DNA of 61,895 nucleotides, filler included, from 6 parts of 6 records of this genome joined end to end with filler, not necessarily neighbours in it, one strand, 5' to 3'. Shown: positions 1 through 9,900, numbered from the whole stretch's first letter. The notes: generated by a model not told the origin, from the sequence alone. Translations and numbers: made by a program.

Positions 1-284
1 CTCCAGGCGACACCGTAGCGGTAGGCGTCGTACATGGGACTGGCGAGGGGGCGCATTTCGATGGCCCCGCAGCCGGTTCCAAAGCCGAGGATGTAGATGG
101 ATTCGGCCCGGCACCAGTTCATGAATTTTTCCAGAGGGGCAATCCGGTTGGGAGGATGGACCGTCGGTTTTTCCCCGGAGAAATACTCCTCCATGGGATC
201 GACTTCAAACTCCTGTCCTTCGGGAGAGGTCACCATCCTTTTTTCAAGGTCGGCGAACCGTTTTTTATAGTTCATCTTTGCCAT
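1..284 (-). CDS. NuoB/MbxJ-like Fe-S subunit, partial (runs off contig start)
   Basis: Manual translation from ATG at 284: MAKMNYKKRFADLEKRMVTSPEGQEFEVDPM...NWCRAESIYILGFGTGCGAIEMRPL; collinear with 15597..16241. Confidence 0.9.
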   Translation of the reverse strand, partial: MAKMNYKKRFADLEKRMVTSPEGQEFEVDPMEEYFSGEKPTVHPPNRIAPLEKFMNWCRAESIYILGFGTGCGAIEMRPLASPMYDAYRYGVAW

Positions 285-287
285 AGT

Positions 288-1229
288 TTAATACCTTATA
301 CCCGCCAGGATGACGGAAATGACTCCGATAATCAGGGGCCATTTGATGAAGAATCTGATACTCTGGTCCACACGGAACCGAGGAAAGGAAACGCCTACAA
401 ACACCGACCAGAGGTAGACGAAGAATGTCTTTAAAAAGAAAACCGCGAAGGTCAGCAGATAGTTGTCGTAGAGGATGACTCCGCCGAAAAAGAGGTTGAC
501 GTAAAGTATGGTCTTGGCTACCGGGAAGATCGTCCTGTTTGTCATCAGCATCGCCAGGAACTGGGACTGATATTCGGTAGGCGGACCGACGGGGATCTCC
601 TGGGGGGCCAGAACGATGTCGAAGGGTGATCGCATCATGGAGCCCAGAAAAGCCAGCATGGCCGCCGCCGTGGCTATCGGGTTGGTAAAGAGGGTCCAGT
701 TGAGGATGCCTCCCTGCTGGGCGGCCACAATTTCCTGGATATTGATAGTTCCGTACTGCCGGGTGATCGAGTAGATTGCCAGCATCAGAGCAATTTCAAA
801 GGCCGAGGTCTGGGCCAGTCCCCTGGTGACGGCAATGGCCGAATAGGGGTGTCCCGCCTCTCCTCCGCCCAGGGCCATCCCGAGGGTTCCCAGAAAGATG
901 AAGTAGGAGATCAGGATCAGGTCGCCGGCAAAAGTGAAGCTTTCAAACAGCGGCGCACCCTGGATCAGGGGGAGGAATATCAGAATCCCTGCACCGCCGG
1001 TGAAACGGAAAACCGGACCCAGATAGAACATCACCCCGTGGGAGATGGCGGTCCGGGTCGACCATTGACGGATAATATTGAAGTAGGGCTGGAAGAGCCT
1101 TATTCCGATCCTCTTTCCCACCCGGGCATAGATTTTTCCGATAATCCCCTGAAGGATCAGTCCGTAATTGATGGTGAGGAAGATGGTTATGGCTGCGTAA
1201 AGAATTTTGACAGGTGCAAATCCTTCCAT
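288..1229 (-). CDS. NuoH/MbxM-like membrane subunit (complex I subunit 1 family)
   Basis: Hydrophobic 313 aa; ARVGKRIG..QP, RSPFD..APQEI..GP.TEY and PRFRVDQ motifs of NuoH/HycD family. Confidence 0.9.
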   Translation of the reverse strand: MEGFAPVKILYAAITIFLTINYGLILQGIIGKIYARVGKRIGIRLFQPYFNIIRQWSTRTAISHGVMFYLGPVFRFTGGAGILIFLPLIQGAPLFESFTFAGDLILISYFIFLGTLGMALGGGEAGHPYSAIAVTRGLAQTSAFEIALMLAIYSITRQYGTINIQEIVAAQQGGILNWTLFTNPIATAAAMLAFLGSMMRSPFDIVLAPQEIPVGPPTEYQSQFLAMLMTNRTIFPVAKTILYVNLFFGGVILYDNYLLTFAVFFLKTFFVYLWSVFVGVSFPRFRVDQSIRFFIKWPLIIGVISVILAGIRY

Positions 1230-4200
1230 CTACATACCTCCTTTGGTGAGCGCGAAGGCCAGCACCGTGAATATGAGCATCTGGAGAAGATAGGTCTGTC
1301 CGTTTCCCGTATAAACCCTCCGGAAGAAGCCGGCAATGGCGTGGAAGAGATCGGAAACCCAGTTCCAGAATCTGGTGGTAAAGGGATACTCCAGGAAGCC
1401 GACGGCTTTCCGGACCGGAGCGAAAAAGTTGTAGGAGAAGTGGGTCGTCTCTGGTCTGGCCGGTCTTTCGGCCGCGAAGACGATATTGAACTGTTTTACC
1501 ATCCTGGCTTTTCGTCCGTTGATTGTGAGAATAATAAAGAAGAGGCCGAAGAGCCCCATGAAGGTCCACATCACGGCCACCCCGTTCCAGTGTCCGTACT
1601 GGGAGAGGGCTGTGTTGCCTTCCCAGACGAGGGCTCCTTCGACGGCAAACTCTTTCAGAATTTCTCCGATGGGACGGAGGAAAGAGCCCGGAAAGAAGGA
1701 GAGGAACATAACCACGCCCAGGAGAAGAATCTGGGGCAGGATAATAAAGAAGGGAGCTTCTTTCACCCTCCTGTGGTTATCCTTCAGCTGGCCGAGGAAG
1801 ATGGCGAAGATCAGCCGGAAGAGGTAGAGGAAGGCTATGATCCCGGCTGTTCCTGCAATCGCACCCTGGAGCATCCAGCCCTTTTCAAGAACAGCATTGA
1901 AGGTTATCCATTTACCGCTGAATCCTGCAAGCGGCGGAATACCCGAAAGGGCGATAATGGAAACCAGGACGCTGAAGAAGCTTATCGGCATCCTTTTGAT
2001 AAGACCGCCCATCTGGTACATGTTTTTTGTTCCCGTTCTATGGGCGACTCCGCCGACGGCGAGGAAGAGGGTCACCTTGTAGATGAAGTGGACAATGGAG
2101 AGGGAGAGGGCCGCGAGCCATCCCAGGTGATTCATAAAGGAGATGGCAAAGAGGGCGTAACCCATCTGGCCGATACTTGAGTAGGCGAGAAGTCTTTTGG
2201 CATCTTCCTGCATGGCGGCCATATAGTTGCCGACCAGGGCTGTAATAACCCCGATCCAGCTGAGGATATAGGGCAGGCTCACGATGCCGATGGATTGGGG
2301 CCCCATGGTGATGGAGAGCATCAGGAGACCGAAAACCCCGGCCTTGAGAAGGATTCCCGAGACCATGGGCGAGACATCGGTTTCGGCCTCGGCGTGGGCG
2401 CCGGGGAGCCAGATATGAAGTCCTGCAGAGGCCATCTTGGTCATGAATCCCACGGCCATGAGGGCATAGATTATCCCCGCCCCCGGGTTGCCTGCCACGG
2501 TTTTAAGCGTCTCAAGACTTATGGAAGCGGCGCCTGTGCCTGCGTATGTCAGACCGAAGCCCGTCATAATCAGGTAGGCTCCCCCAAGGGAGAAAAGCAT
2601 GTACGAGAGGGCATGGGGTTTGGAATCCTTACCCCGGAGTATAAGAAAATAGGAACCCAGGGTCATAATCTCCCAGGAGAGGAAAAAAGAGAGTGTATCT
2701 GATGCTTCAACAATTCCGATCAACCCGGCAAACATCAGTACGGCCGAGGGGTAAAACCCCTTCCTGCGTCCCCTCTGTCCGAATCCGGGTAGAAGAGTTA
2801 CAAGGGCTCCGATGACAAAGATCATGGCGAAGATCGATCGATAGGAGCCGATGTTCATCATAAAAGGGTAGCCGTAGTAACCAATAGCTCCCATGGCAAG
2901 AATGTTTTTCACGATTGCCGGAAGGAAGTCGAGGAGGAGCAGGACGGCAACCGCCGCCAGAAGAATCCAGTTAAAACTCATCTCGAAGGCAGAGAGTCCG
3001 GCGGAAAAGTAACCCAGGACCGGAAGCAGGGCTGCGAAAAGGAATACCGGAACGATTGTTCCCATCCGCAAATCGAGGCTGTCTGTCTCTGAAAAGGAAT
3101 CCTTGTAGGCATTGCCGAACCAGCGCATCAGGTAAACCGCTTCCAGGAGGGAGCCCCCGAGAATGACAGCGATCCAGATTCTCCCGCCTCCGGCTGCCAG
3201 GGACATAATCAGGTCCCATTTAGCAAAGAAGGAGGGGAAGGGCGGCAGAGCCAGAAGGGCACTGACTGCCACGGCGAAGGGGGCGATGAGGATTACTTTC
3301 TTCCTTATAACACCCCATTCATGAATGGATTCCTTCTTTATGATTCCGGAGAGCCAGAAAAGAAGGGCCTTGGCCAGAGCGTGGGTGATCAGGAGGCCGA
3401 AGACGATGACGTCTCCGTTTTCAATGCTGAAAAGCCTGACCAGGGAGAACGCCAGAACAATCAGCCCAATCTGGGCGATGGAGGAGTATCCAAGCAGCCG
3501 GCGGACCTTCTCCTGCTTCAGGGCCAGAATATTCATTCCCACGAAGGTGAGGGCGCCGATGAAGGCTGCGGTCTGTATAAAAAGTCCGCCTGTCATGGCA
3601 GATATCTTTGTAAAGGCATAGAACATGGCCGTTGCCGTTCCAGAAGCCACCATGGCGCTCACCGGCGGTACCGAAGCTTCGTAGGCATCAATTCCCCAGC
3701 CATTCACGGGAAAGGGCTTCAATTCCATCACGATGCCGATGAAGACCAGAAAGAGACCGGTAAATCCAGTCGTGGTCAGCGCGGTGTCGGTAAGGCCGCC
3801 GATAATATCGAGGTTCAGAGAACCGTAGGTTGTATAGGTGAAGATGATGCCCAGGAGCATCAGTCCTCCGGCCAGGGCTCCGGCGATAACGAACTTGAAT
3901 CCGGCACCCAGCTGCTTGAGGTCACTCTTCAGGGCGATCAGCCCCGCCGATGCGATACTGACGATCTCAATAAAAACAAAAAGGTTGAAGAGATCCCTTG
4001 TCATGATGACGCCGTTTAAGCCAGTTGCAAAGACCAGGAAAAGCATAAAGATGTAGACCGGGGATTTCCCCTTTTCCGGTCTGAAGAAAAAGGCACTCAA
4101 GAGGGCGGAGAGGTTGATCAGCAGAATCAGGATCGCCTCAATACGCCCCATGTAGAGGTTGATCGAAAGGGGCGGGGCAAATCCTGCTGTATGGATGTCC

Positions 4201-4376
4201 ACTCCGGAGGTGAGGCCTGATAAGATTCCGTAGACCCAGACGGCGGAGATTCCTGTCATGACCGCCAGAGCAACCAGAGTTAGGCCTTTCTGCAGTGAGG
4301 CTCCCGATTTTCTGAAGAGCCCCAGGAGGAATGCTGTTCCAAGGGCGGTGACAATGAGATAGATTGGATTTACCAT
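1230..4376 (-). CDS. Fused double MrpD/NuoL-M-N-type antiporter-like subunit (MbxH+H'-like)
   Basis: 1048 aa with two Proton_antipo-type repeats (DLFNLFVFIE..RLLGYSSIAQIG; FFLSWE..PLHIWLPGAH-like GLHIWLPGAHAEA..KRLLAYSSIGQMGY). Confidence 0.9.
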   Translation of the reverse strand: MVNPIYLIVTALGTAFLLGLFRKSGASLQKGLTLVALAVMTGISAVWVYGILSGLTSGVDIHTAGFAPPLSINLYMGRIEAILILLINLSALLSAFFFRPEKGKSPVYIFMLFLVFATGLNGVIMTRDLFNLFVFIEIVSIASAGLIALKSDLKQLGAGFKFVIAGALAGGLMLLGIIFTYTTYGSLNLDIIGGLTDTALTTTGFTGLFLVFIGIVMELKPFPVNGWGIDAYEASVPPVSAMVASGTATAMFYAFTKISAMTGGLFIQTAAFIGALTFVGMNILALKQEKVRRLLGYSSIAQIGLIVLAFSLVRLFSIENGDVIVFGLLITHALAKALLFWLSGIIKKESIHEWGVIRKKVILIAPFAVAVSALLALPPFPSFFAKWDLIMSLAAGGGRIWIAVILGGSLLEAVYLMRWFGNAYKDSFSETDSLDLRMGTIVPVFLFAALLPVLGYFSAGLSAFEMSFNWILLAAVAVLLLLDFLPAIVKNILAMGAIGYYGYPFMMNIGSYRSIFAMIFVIGALVTLLPGFGQRGRRKGFYPSAVLMFAGLIGIVEASDTLSFFLSWEIMTLGSYFLILRGKDSKPHALSYMLFSLGGAYLIMTGFGLTYAGTGAASISLETLKTVAGNPGAGIIYALMAVGFMTKMASAGLHIWLPGAHAEAETDVSPMVSGILLKAGVFGLLMLSITMGPQSIGIVSLPYILSWIGVITALVGNYMAAMQEDAKRLLAYSSIGQMGYALFAISFMNHLGWLAALSLSIVHFIYKVTLFLAVGGVAHRTGTKNMYQMGGLIKRMPISFFSVLVSIIALSGIPPLAGFSGKWITFNAVLEKGWMLQGAIAGTAGIIAFLYLFRLIFAIFLGQLKDNHRRVKEAPFFIILPQILLLGVVMFLSFFPGSFLRPIGEILKEFAVEGALVWEGNTALSQYGHWNGVAVMWTFMGLFGLFFIILTINGRKARMVKQFNIVFAAERPARPETTHFSYNFFAPVRKAVGFLEYPFTTRFWNWVSDLFHAIAGFFRRVYTGNGQTYLLQMLIFTVLAFALTKGGM

Positions 4377-4720
4377 TTCAGCTCCTCAAATTTATCAATC
4401 TCCAGGCTTCCCTTTTTGTCGTACATATTAACGGCGTAGGTCAGCATGAAGGCGGTTATCCCGAGACCGATGACGATCGAAGTCAGGACCAGGGCCTGAG
4501 GGACCGGATCGACATAGGAGTTCCCGATATCCGATAAGTTCTCGATGATCGGGGCGGTGCCTCCGGGGAGGTAGCCTGCTGCTATCATAATGATGTGGAT
4601 CCCGAGATCGAAGATTGTGAATCCGACGATCATCCGGATTATGTCCCTGTTTGTCAGGAGAGACCAGAGTCCCAGAAGGATAAGGATGACTCCTGTGACT
4701 GTTGCGATTGTTCCTATCAT
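4370..4720 (-). CDS. MrpC/MnhC-like antiporter subunit
   Basis: DPVPQALVLTSIVIG motif; operon position. Confidence 0.9.
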   Translation of the reverse strand: MIGTIATVTGVILILLGLWSLLTNRDIIRMIVGFTIFDLGIHIIMIAAGYLPGGTAPIIENLSDIGNSYVDPVPQALVLTSIVIGLGITAFMLTYAVNMYDKKGSLEIDKFEELKW

Positions 4721-5436
4721 TCTGCCGATTCCTCCTCTACCGTTTCCCCTTTCAGGGTGATAACGACCGAACTCAGTTCCGAACCCACCTTGAGACCGAT
4801 AACCGAATAGATGATCGGGATGAGTCCCGCACTTAGCAGTGTTCCGTACTCTCCGAGGGGCAGGAGTCTGTTGTCCAGGAATCCGTTGACAGCCAGGAAG
4901 GCACCGGCTGCTCCGAGGAGCACATAGGCGAGACCGGAGATGGATTCAATAACCGAAAGGACTCCATGACCGATCTTTCTGTTCGGGTTGGCCAGGACGG
5001 AAAGGACCATTCCTGAAGCCATGATGGCTCCTCCCTGAAATCCGCCTCCCGGGGTCAGGTGACCGTTGACGAAAACATAAATGCCGAAGACAAGGATCAA
5101 GGGAAAAAGGAGGTCGGCTCCGGTCCGGAGGAGTTCACTTCCCTCCCGTCTGGTCCGGCTTTCATTTTTATTTAAATGAATCAGCAGACCGACGACAGCT
5201 GCGGCGGCGAAGAGTATTGTGACTTCTCCCAGGGTGTCCAGCCCCCGGTAGGTCACAACAACAGAGGTGACCACATTGGCCGCGCCCAGCTCTTCCGGAC
5301 CTTCGGTTACATAATGGGAGGAGACTGCGGGCAGTTCTGTTTTTCCTGCTGCGCTACCCGCGTACTCCAGAACAACGGGAAGGAGTACAGCTCCCAGAGC
5401 GATAATAATAAGGAAAATAAAGGCTTTTCTAACCAT
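4717..5436 (-). CDS. MrpB/MnhB-like antiporter subunit (MbhE/F-type fusion)
   Basis: NVVTSVVVTYRGLDTLGE and GHLTPGGGFQGG motifs. Confidence 0.9.
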   Translation of the reverse strand: MVRKAFIFLIIIALGAVLLPVVLEYAGSAAGKTELPAVSSHYVTEGPEELGAANVVTSVVVTYRGLDTLGEVTILFAAAAVVGLLIHLNKNESRTRREGSELLRTGADLLFPLILVFGIYVFVNGHLTPGGGFQGGAIMASGMVLSVLANPNRKIGHGVLSVIESISGLAYVLLGAAGAFLAVNGFLDNRLLPLGEYGTLLSAGLIPIIYSVIGLKVGSELSSVVITLKGETVEEESAE

Positions 5437-5671
5437 TCTTTTTCCCCCTTAATTTTTTCAAGGCAAAGAAGAAGATGAAAGTGGTCAGTCCGCTTCCTAT
5501 CGCTGCCTCGGTCATGGCCACATCGGGAGCGGCCATAATGATAAACAGTATGGACGAAAAGAGACCCGCTGCTCCGGCGGCAAGAACGGCCACAGTCCTT
5601 TCCTTCGTAACCACAGCCAGGAGTGCGGCCGTCAGGGTAAAGAGGGCGACCACAATAAAAATTATATTCAT
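5429..5671 (-). CDS. DUF4040/MbhD-like small membrane subunit
   Basis: AAPDVAMTEAAIGSG motif. Confidence 0.88.
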   Translation of the reverse strand: MNIIFIVVALFTLTAALLAVVTKERTVAVLAAGAAGLFSSILFIIMAAPDVAMTEAAIGSGLTTFIFFFALKKLRGKKNG

Positions 5672-5997
5672 TTCTGTGCCTCCTCCCCGTCGGGAACAAG
5701 CTTGTCCTCGATAGTACTGTCACTCATCTTTTCACCGCTGATGTGTGCGCCCCTGGCGACCACATGGGATGATATCGGGTTGGTAAGAATGATGAAAAAG
5801 ATGAGAATGAGCAGTTTCAGACTCCAATCCGGATGGATGAGAGACAGACCGATCATCATAAAAATTGTACCTAAAGTTGTTGCCTTGGTTCCTGTCTGAA
5901 TCCGGTTGTACACATCGGGCATCCGGATGACACCAAGGGCGCTGAGAAAGAACACAATGGAACCGATCAGCATGAGTATGGATCCTGCCAATACCAT
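5668..5997 (-). CDS. MrpG/MnhG-like antiporter subunit
   Basis: GVIRMPDVYNRIQTGTKATTLG, TNPISSH motifs. Confidence 0.9.
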   Translation of the reverse strand: MVLAGSILMLIGSIVFFLSALGVIRMPDVYNRIQTGTKATTLGTIFMMIGLSLIHPDWSLKLLILIFFIILTNPISSHVVARGAHISGEKMSDSTIEDKLVPDGEEAQK

Positions 5998-6258
5998 TTA
6001 CAGCCCCCTTTCGTGATAACGGGCAACGACCAGAACTCCCAGAAAACTAAGGAGAGCGTAAACCAGAGCCACGTCAATATAGATGAATCTTTTCAGCAGG
6101 TGGGCCAGAACGACAATCAGCGATATTGCAATGATGCTTGCTGTGTCGAAAGCCACAACTCTGTCCAGAACCGACGGACCTTTCACAAACCTGAGCAGGG
6201 ATATCCCGATACTCAGAAGGGTGATAATGACGGATATAAAAATAATCTGTTCAGCCAA
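5998..6258 (-). CDS. MrpF/MnhF-like antiporter subunit
   Basis: RFVKGPSVLDRVVAFD motif. Confidence 0.9.
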   Translation of the reverse strand: MAEQIIFISVIITLLSIGISLLRFVKGPSVLDRVVAFDTASIIAISLIVVLAHLLKRFIYIDVALVYALLSFLGVLVVARYHERGL

Positions 6259-6742
6259 AGATAACCTCCAGATGTTTTTCGAATTTTTCCACGATCTCCG
6301 CTGTGGCCCCTTCTACATCCGTCTTTGAGGCGTCAATCCAGTGAATGAAAAGACTGTCGTCTTCAATGTCCACCGTCAGGGTTCCGGGAGTCAGGGTGAT
6401 CGAATTGGCAAGAGCCAGTCTTCCCAGTTTTGATTTGAGTCTGGTTTTAACCTCGACGACTGCGGGATTGATCCTGACTTTCGGAGTGATGACTCTGGAC
6501 ATGACATCAATGTTGGATTTAATCAGTTCCAAGAGGAACACAACAATCCAGGCTGCCATGGCGGCAATCGCCCTTGGTGAGAACCTAATCGAGTCGAACA
6601 GTCCTGTTCTTCCCAGAAATACCGCAGCCACCAGGCCGGCAACGGCACCTCCGATCAGAATTTCAAGTCTTGTGCTGGAATGCAGTGCCAGCCAGAACAG
6701 AAATCCCAGGCCTAGTGAGATTCCTACTGTCTTTGTTTTCAT
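6251..6742 (-). CDS. MrpE/MnhE-like antiporter subunit
   Basis: ANSITLTPGTLTVD motif; start moved from 6778 to ATG 6742, which follows a GGAGG SD. Confidence 0.9.
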   Translation of the reverse strand: MKTKTVGISLGLGFLFWLALHSSTRLEILIGGAVAGLVAAVFLGRTGLFDSIRFSPRAIAAMAAWIVVFLLELIKSNIDVMSRVITPKVRINPAVVEVKTRLKSKLGRLALANSITLTPGTLTVDIEDDSLFIHWIDASKTDVEGATAEIVEKFEKHLEVIFG

Positions 6743-6815
6743 TGAAAACCCTCCATTTCGTTGGATAGTTTCGGCCAAACGTTTTCATGCTGTTAATTAT
6801 TATTGATTTACTTGT

Positions 6816-6843
6816 ATTTTAACCTCAAATAGCAAAATGTCAA
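6816..6843 (-). promoter_or_regulatory. sigma70-type promoter of the Mrp/Mbx-like operon
   Basis: TTGACA-16nt-TAAAAT on minus strand in the AT-rich divergent intergenic region. Confidence 0.55.
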
Positions 6844-7000
6844 TATAAAAATAATTTTATATTGATAAAAGGTTATGTTATGAGAGAGGCTTCAGCTGCT
6901 GGACTTAATTATAATAGAGCTGTTGGAGAATTCAATTTTTTAAGGGTTTTTTCCGGTTTCCGGGTTTCTTTATAGTACAATTAACGGATTAGGGAGGGGT

Positions 7001-8113
7001 GTGATGAACAAAATAGGAATCGGCCTGGCCGGATACGGGTCTATTGGGCGTATTCATCTTCTGGCACTGGGAGAACTCCCACGGATCTATCCCGGAACCC
7101 TGCCGGAGGTAAAGGTGATCGGGCTCTGCCGGAGTACGGCGGAGGGCGCTGCTGCAGCGGCAGCGGAGGAGGGAATTCCCAGGGGGTACTCGGAATTCGA
7201 CCGAATGATAGACGATCCGGAGATTGATCTCATCGATATTGTTTCCCCCAACTATCTTCACCGGGAACAGGTCCTGAAGGCTCTCGGGGCAGGCAAGCAT
7301 GTCCTCTGCGAGAAACCCCTGGCCTTGAGCGGGGCGGAGGCCCGGGAAATGGCGGCGGCAGCGAAAGTCTCCGGCCGGAAGACGGGGATGGTTTTCAACT
7401 ATCGTTTTATTCCTGCTGTGATGAAGGCAAAGGCCTTGATCGATTCCGGACGGCTGGGGGAGGTTTTCTCTTTCCGGGCCGAATACTTTCATTCGGGGTA
7501 CCAGAATCCGAATCGGCCCTGGTCCTGGCGGATGGACCGGACCCTCTCCGGCGGGGGCGCGCTGGCAGACCTCGGGGTTCATGCGGCGGATCTGGTCCGC
7601 TATCTTCTGGGAGATATCCGATCGGTCGGCTGTGAAACAAAGACCTATGTCACCGAGCGGCCTCTCGGGACCGGGGGAACGGCTCCGGTTACCGTGGATG
7701 ATGCGGCCTGGGCCCGGCTGGAGCTGGCCGGCGGAGGGCGAGGTACCCTTGAGGTTTCCCGGTTTGCCACGGGGACACTGGACGATCTGAACATCTCCGC
7801 CTTCGGCAGCCGCGGCGCCTTCCGGTTCCGGCTGATGGACCCGGACTACCTCTGGTGGTTTGATGAAGGAGCCGAGGATGCCGGCTGGCGGCGGATAGAA
7901 ACGGTCCAGAACTACCCCGGGGCCCGTATTCCGAACCCCCGATCCGTTACCGGATGGACCCGCTACCACACCGAAAACCTCTATCGGTTTCTAAAGGCCG
8001 CAGCCGATGAGACGCCCTTCTTTCCGGATTTTTCCGACGGTGCAGCGGCCCAGAGCTTTCTGGATGCCGCCTATAAATCGGCGGAATCGGACCGGGTGGA
8101 GATTCTGGTATAA
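7001..8113 (+). CDS. Gfo/Idh/MocA family NAD(P)-dependent oxidoreductase
   Basis: GLAGYGSIG Rossmann motif, GKHVLCEKPLA, GGGALADLGVH. Confidence 0.92.
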   Translation: MMNKIGIGLAGYGSIGRIHLLALGELPRIYPGTLPEVKVIGLCRSTAEGAAAAAAEEGIPRGYSEFDRMIDDPEIDLIDIVSPNYLHREQVLKALGAGKHVLCEKPLALSGAEAREMAAAAKVSGRKTGMVFNYRFIPAVMKAKALIDSGRLGEVFSFRAEYFHSGYQNPNRPWSWRMDRTLSGGGALADLGVHAADLVRYLLGDIRSVGCETKTYVTERPLGTGGTAPVTVDDAAWARLELAGGGRGTLEVSRFATGTLDDLNISAFGSRGAFRFRLMDPDYLWWFDEGAEDAGWRRIETVQNYPGARIPNPRSVTGWTRYHTENLYRFLKAAADETPFFPDFSDGAAAQSFLDAAYKSAESDRVEILV

Positions 8114-8158
8114 GGCTCCCCGATGGATTAATCACCGGATTTCCAGTATGCTGTGCCC

Positions 8159-8190
8159 ATGATCCGCAGATTTCTGACCTACTATAAACC
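8159..8190 (+). CDS. possible N-terminus of an ABC transporter, truncated by contig end
   Basis: MIRRFLTYYK(P) resembles N-termini of fused ABC exporters; only 10 codons visible. Confidence 0.3.
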
Positions 8191-8290
8191 NNNNNNNNNN
8201 NNNNNNNNNNNNNNNNNNNNNNNNNNNNNNNNNNTTAATTAATTAANNNNNNNNNNNNNNNNNNNNNNNNNNNNNNNNNNNNNNNNNNNN
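8191..8290. other. artificial contig linker
   Basis: N run with central TTAATTAATTAA (stops in all frames); identical 100-nt structure repeated five times. Confidence 0.98.
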
Positions 8291-8312
8291 CAAAATATTT
8301 CTTGCATGTAGT

Positions 8313-8336
8313 ATGTGAAAGTTATAACTTTCACAA
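8313..8336. promoter_or_regulatory. Rex-like operator palindrome
   Basis: Perfect 22-bp palindrome TGTGAAAGTTATAACTTTCACA (8314-8335) ~120 bp upstream of rex; half-sites match Rex TGTGAA/TTCACA. Confidence 0.7.
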
Positions 8337-8456
8337 GCGATGTTAGAAAAGGCTATTTGGAAGATGCGGAAGATGTTTAAATGATTTGGCTTTAAGCTTT
8401 AAAACCTTAAATTTAAACATCGAATAACAGATATTAAGCACAAGCAGGGTAGGGGT

Positions 8457-9104
8457 TTGGATTTTCATTACGATAAGATATCGGAAGCGGTCGTTCGTCG
8501 TTTGACGGATTATTTGCGTTGTGTTCGGAATGCCAGCAAGGAAGGCAAAACCATGTTGACCTCGGTTGATATTTCCGAGTTATGTGGATTAAAGCCCAGC
8601 ATTATTAGAAAAGATCTCGCTCAGTTCGGCGCCTATGGTGTAAAAGGCACGGGATATAATGCTTGTGAACTTATTAACCATTTAAACAAAATACTCGGTA
8701 TCAATAAGCAAAAAGACGTTATTCTTGTTGGCGCCGGTAATCTTGGGACGGCTATTCTCTGCTATCCCGGTTTTGTGAATGCCAATTTCAATTTTATTGC
8801 TGCTTTTGATTCCGATCCCGCCAAAATAGGAAAGGTCATATGCGAAACGGAAGTCCTGGACACCAAAGAATTGAACGACTTCATTGAGAAGAACAGCATT
8901 GAGATCGTTGTGTTGACCACTCCTGAAACTGCGGCAGCCGAGATCGTCAAGGATCTAGACCAAGATCTTGTAAAAGGCATCTTGAATTTCTCATCACTTG
9001 TTCTGCCTGCCATGAAGGGCAAAATACATATACATAATATTGACCTGGCCAAAGAGTTGGAGGTCATTTCATTCTGCATGAAAAACTGTCTCTCAAAAAG
9101 CTGA
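8457..9104 (+). CDS. rex: redox-sensing transcriptional repressor Rex
   Basis: RRL..YLR, IRKDL..FG..G.KG.GY wHTH and VGAGNLG NAD-binding motif. Confidence 0.93.
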   Translation: MDFHYDKISEAVVRRLTDYLRCVRNASKEGKTMLTSVDISELCGLKPSIIRKDLAQFGAYGVKGTGYNACELINHLNKILGINKQKDVILVGAGNLGTAILCYPGFVNANFNFIAAFDSDPAKIGKVICETEVLDTKELNDFIEKNSIEIVVLTTPETAAAEIVKDLDQDLVKGILNFSSLVLPAMKGKIHIHNIDLAKELEVISFCMKNCLSKS

Positions 9105-9146
9105 GAGACATAAAATATCAAATTAATCATAAGAGAAAGTGAAGCT

Positions 9147-9647
9147 ATGAAAAGATTCAAACACAGCGTTCTCTTGTTCCTCGTTCTGTTGGCACTGTGG
9201 GCATTATTAACGCCCGTTGCCAAGGATTTGAACGAACTTTGGGCCGGACTTGCCGTTTCTGCATTGGTGGTCCTATTTACGCTCAGACTGGAACCTATTC
9301 TCGGTGATTTGAGATTGACGCCCAAGGCATTATGGTTTTCCATTGTCTACATCTTCGTCTTTATCAAAGAGCTGATCGTGTCGAATCTTGATGTTGCCCG
9401 CCGGGTGGTCAATCCGAAATTGCCCATCAAGCCAGGTATCGTCAAAGTGAAGACAAGCTTGAATTCAAAGATCGCAAAAACGATCCTTGCGAATTCCATT
9501 ACGCTCACACCGGGAACCTTGACCGTCGATATCAAAGGCGAGTACCTTTACATTCACTGGATCGAGATCCAGCATGAAGATCTTGAAGGCGCTACGCAGG
9601 ATATCGTTTCGAAATTTGAAAAATACCTGGAGGTGATCTTTGGCTGA
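9147..9647 (+). CDS. MrpE/MnhE-like antiporter subunit
   Basis: ANSITLTPGTLTVD. Confidence 0.92.
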   Translation: MKRFKHSVLLFLVLLALWALLTPVAKDLNELWAGLAVSALVVLFTLRLEPILGDLRLTPKALWFSIVYIFVFIKELIVSNLDVARRVVNPKLPIKPGIVKVKTSLNSKIAKTILANSITLTPGTLTVDIKGEYLYIHWIEIQHEDLEGATQDIVSKFEKYLEVIFG

Positions 9648-9900
9648 ACTCATTCATGACATCGCAGGCGCTATTGCGCTGGCCGCCATTCTTTTGGCAT
9701 TCGTAAGAATGATCAAAGGACCTACGGCTGCAGACCGCGTTGTTGCACTTGACGTGATGACCATTATTGCGATCTCCCTGATCATCTACCTGGCATCACA
9801 TTTCCAACGCGTTATCTATGTTGACATTGCTTTGGTTTACGGATTGATCTCATTCGTGGGCGTTGTGGCCATTGCAAGATATATGGAAAGGGGGTTATAA
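9640..9900 (+). CDS. MrpF/MnhF-like antiporter subunit
   Basis: KGPTAADRVVALD. Confidence 0.92.
   Translation: MAELIHDIAGAIALAAILLAFVRMIKGPTAADRVVALDVMTIIAISLIIYLASHFQRVIYVDIALVYGLISFVGVVAIARYMERGL

Noticed and set aside
849-2180. 443-aa plus-strand ORF
   Set aside because: Antisense shadow of the GC-rich antiporter and NuoH genes; no recognisable motif
6989-7969. 326-aa minus-strand ORF
   Set aside because: Antisense to the well-supported Gfo/Idh/MocA gene
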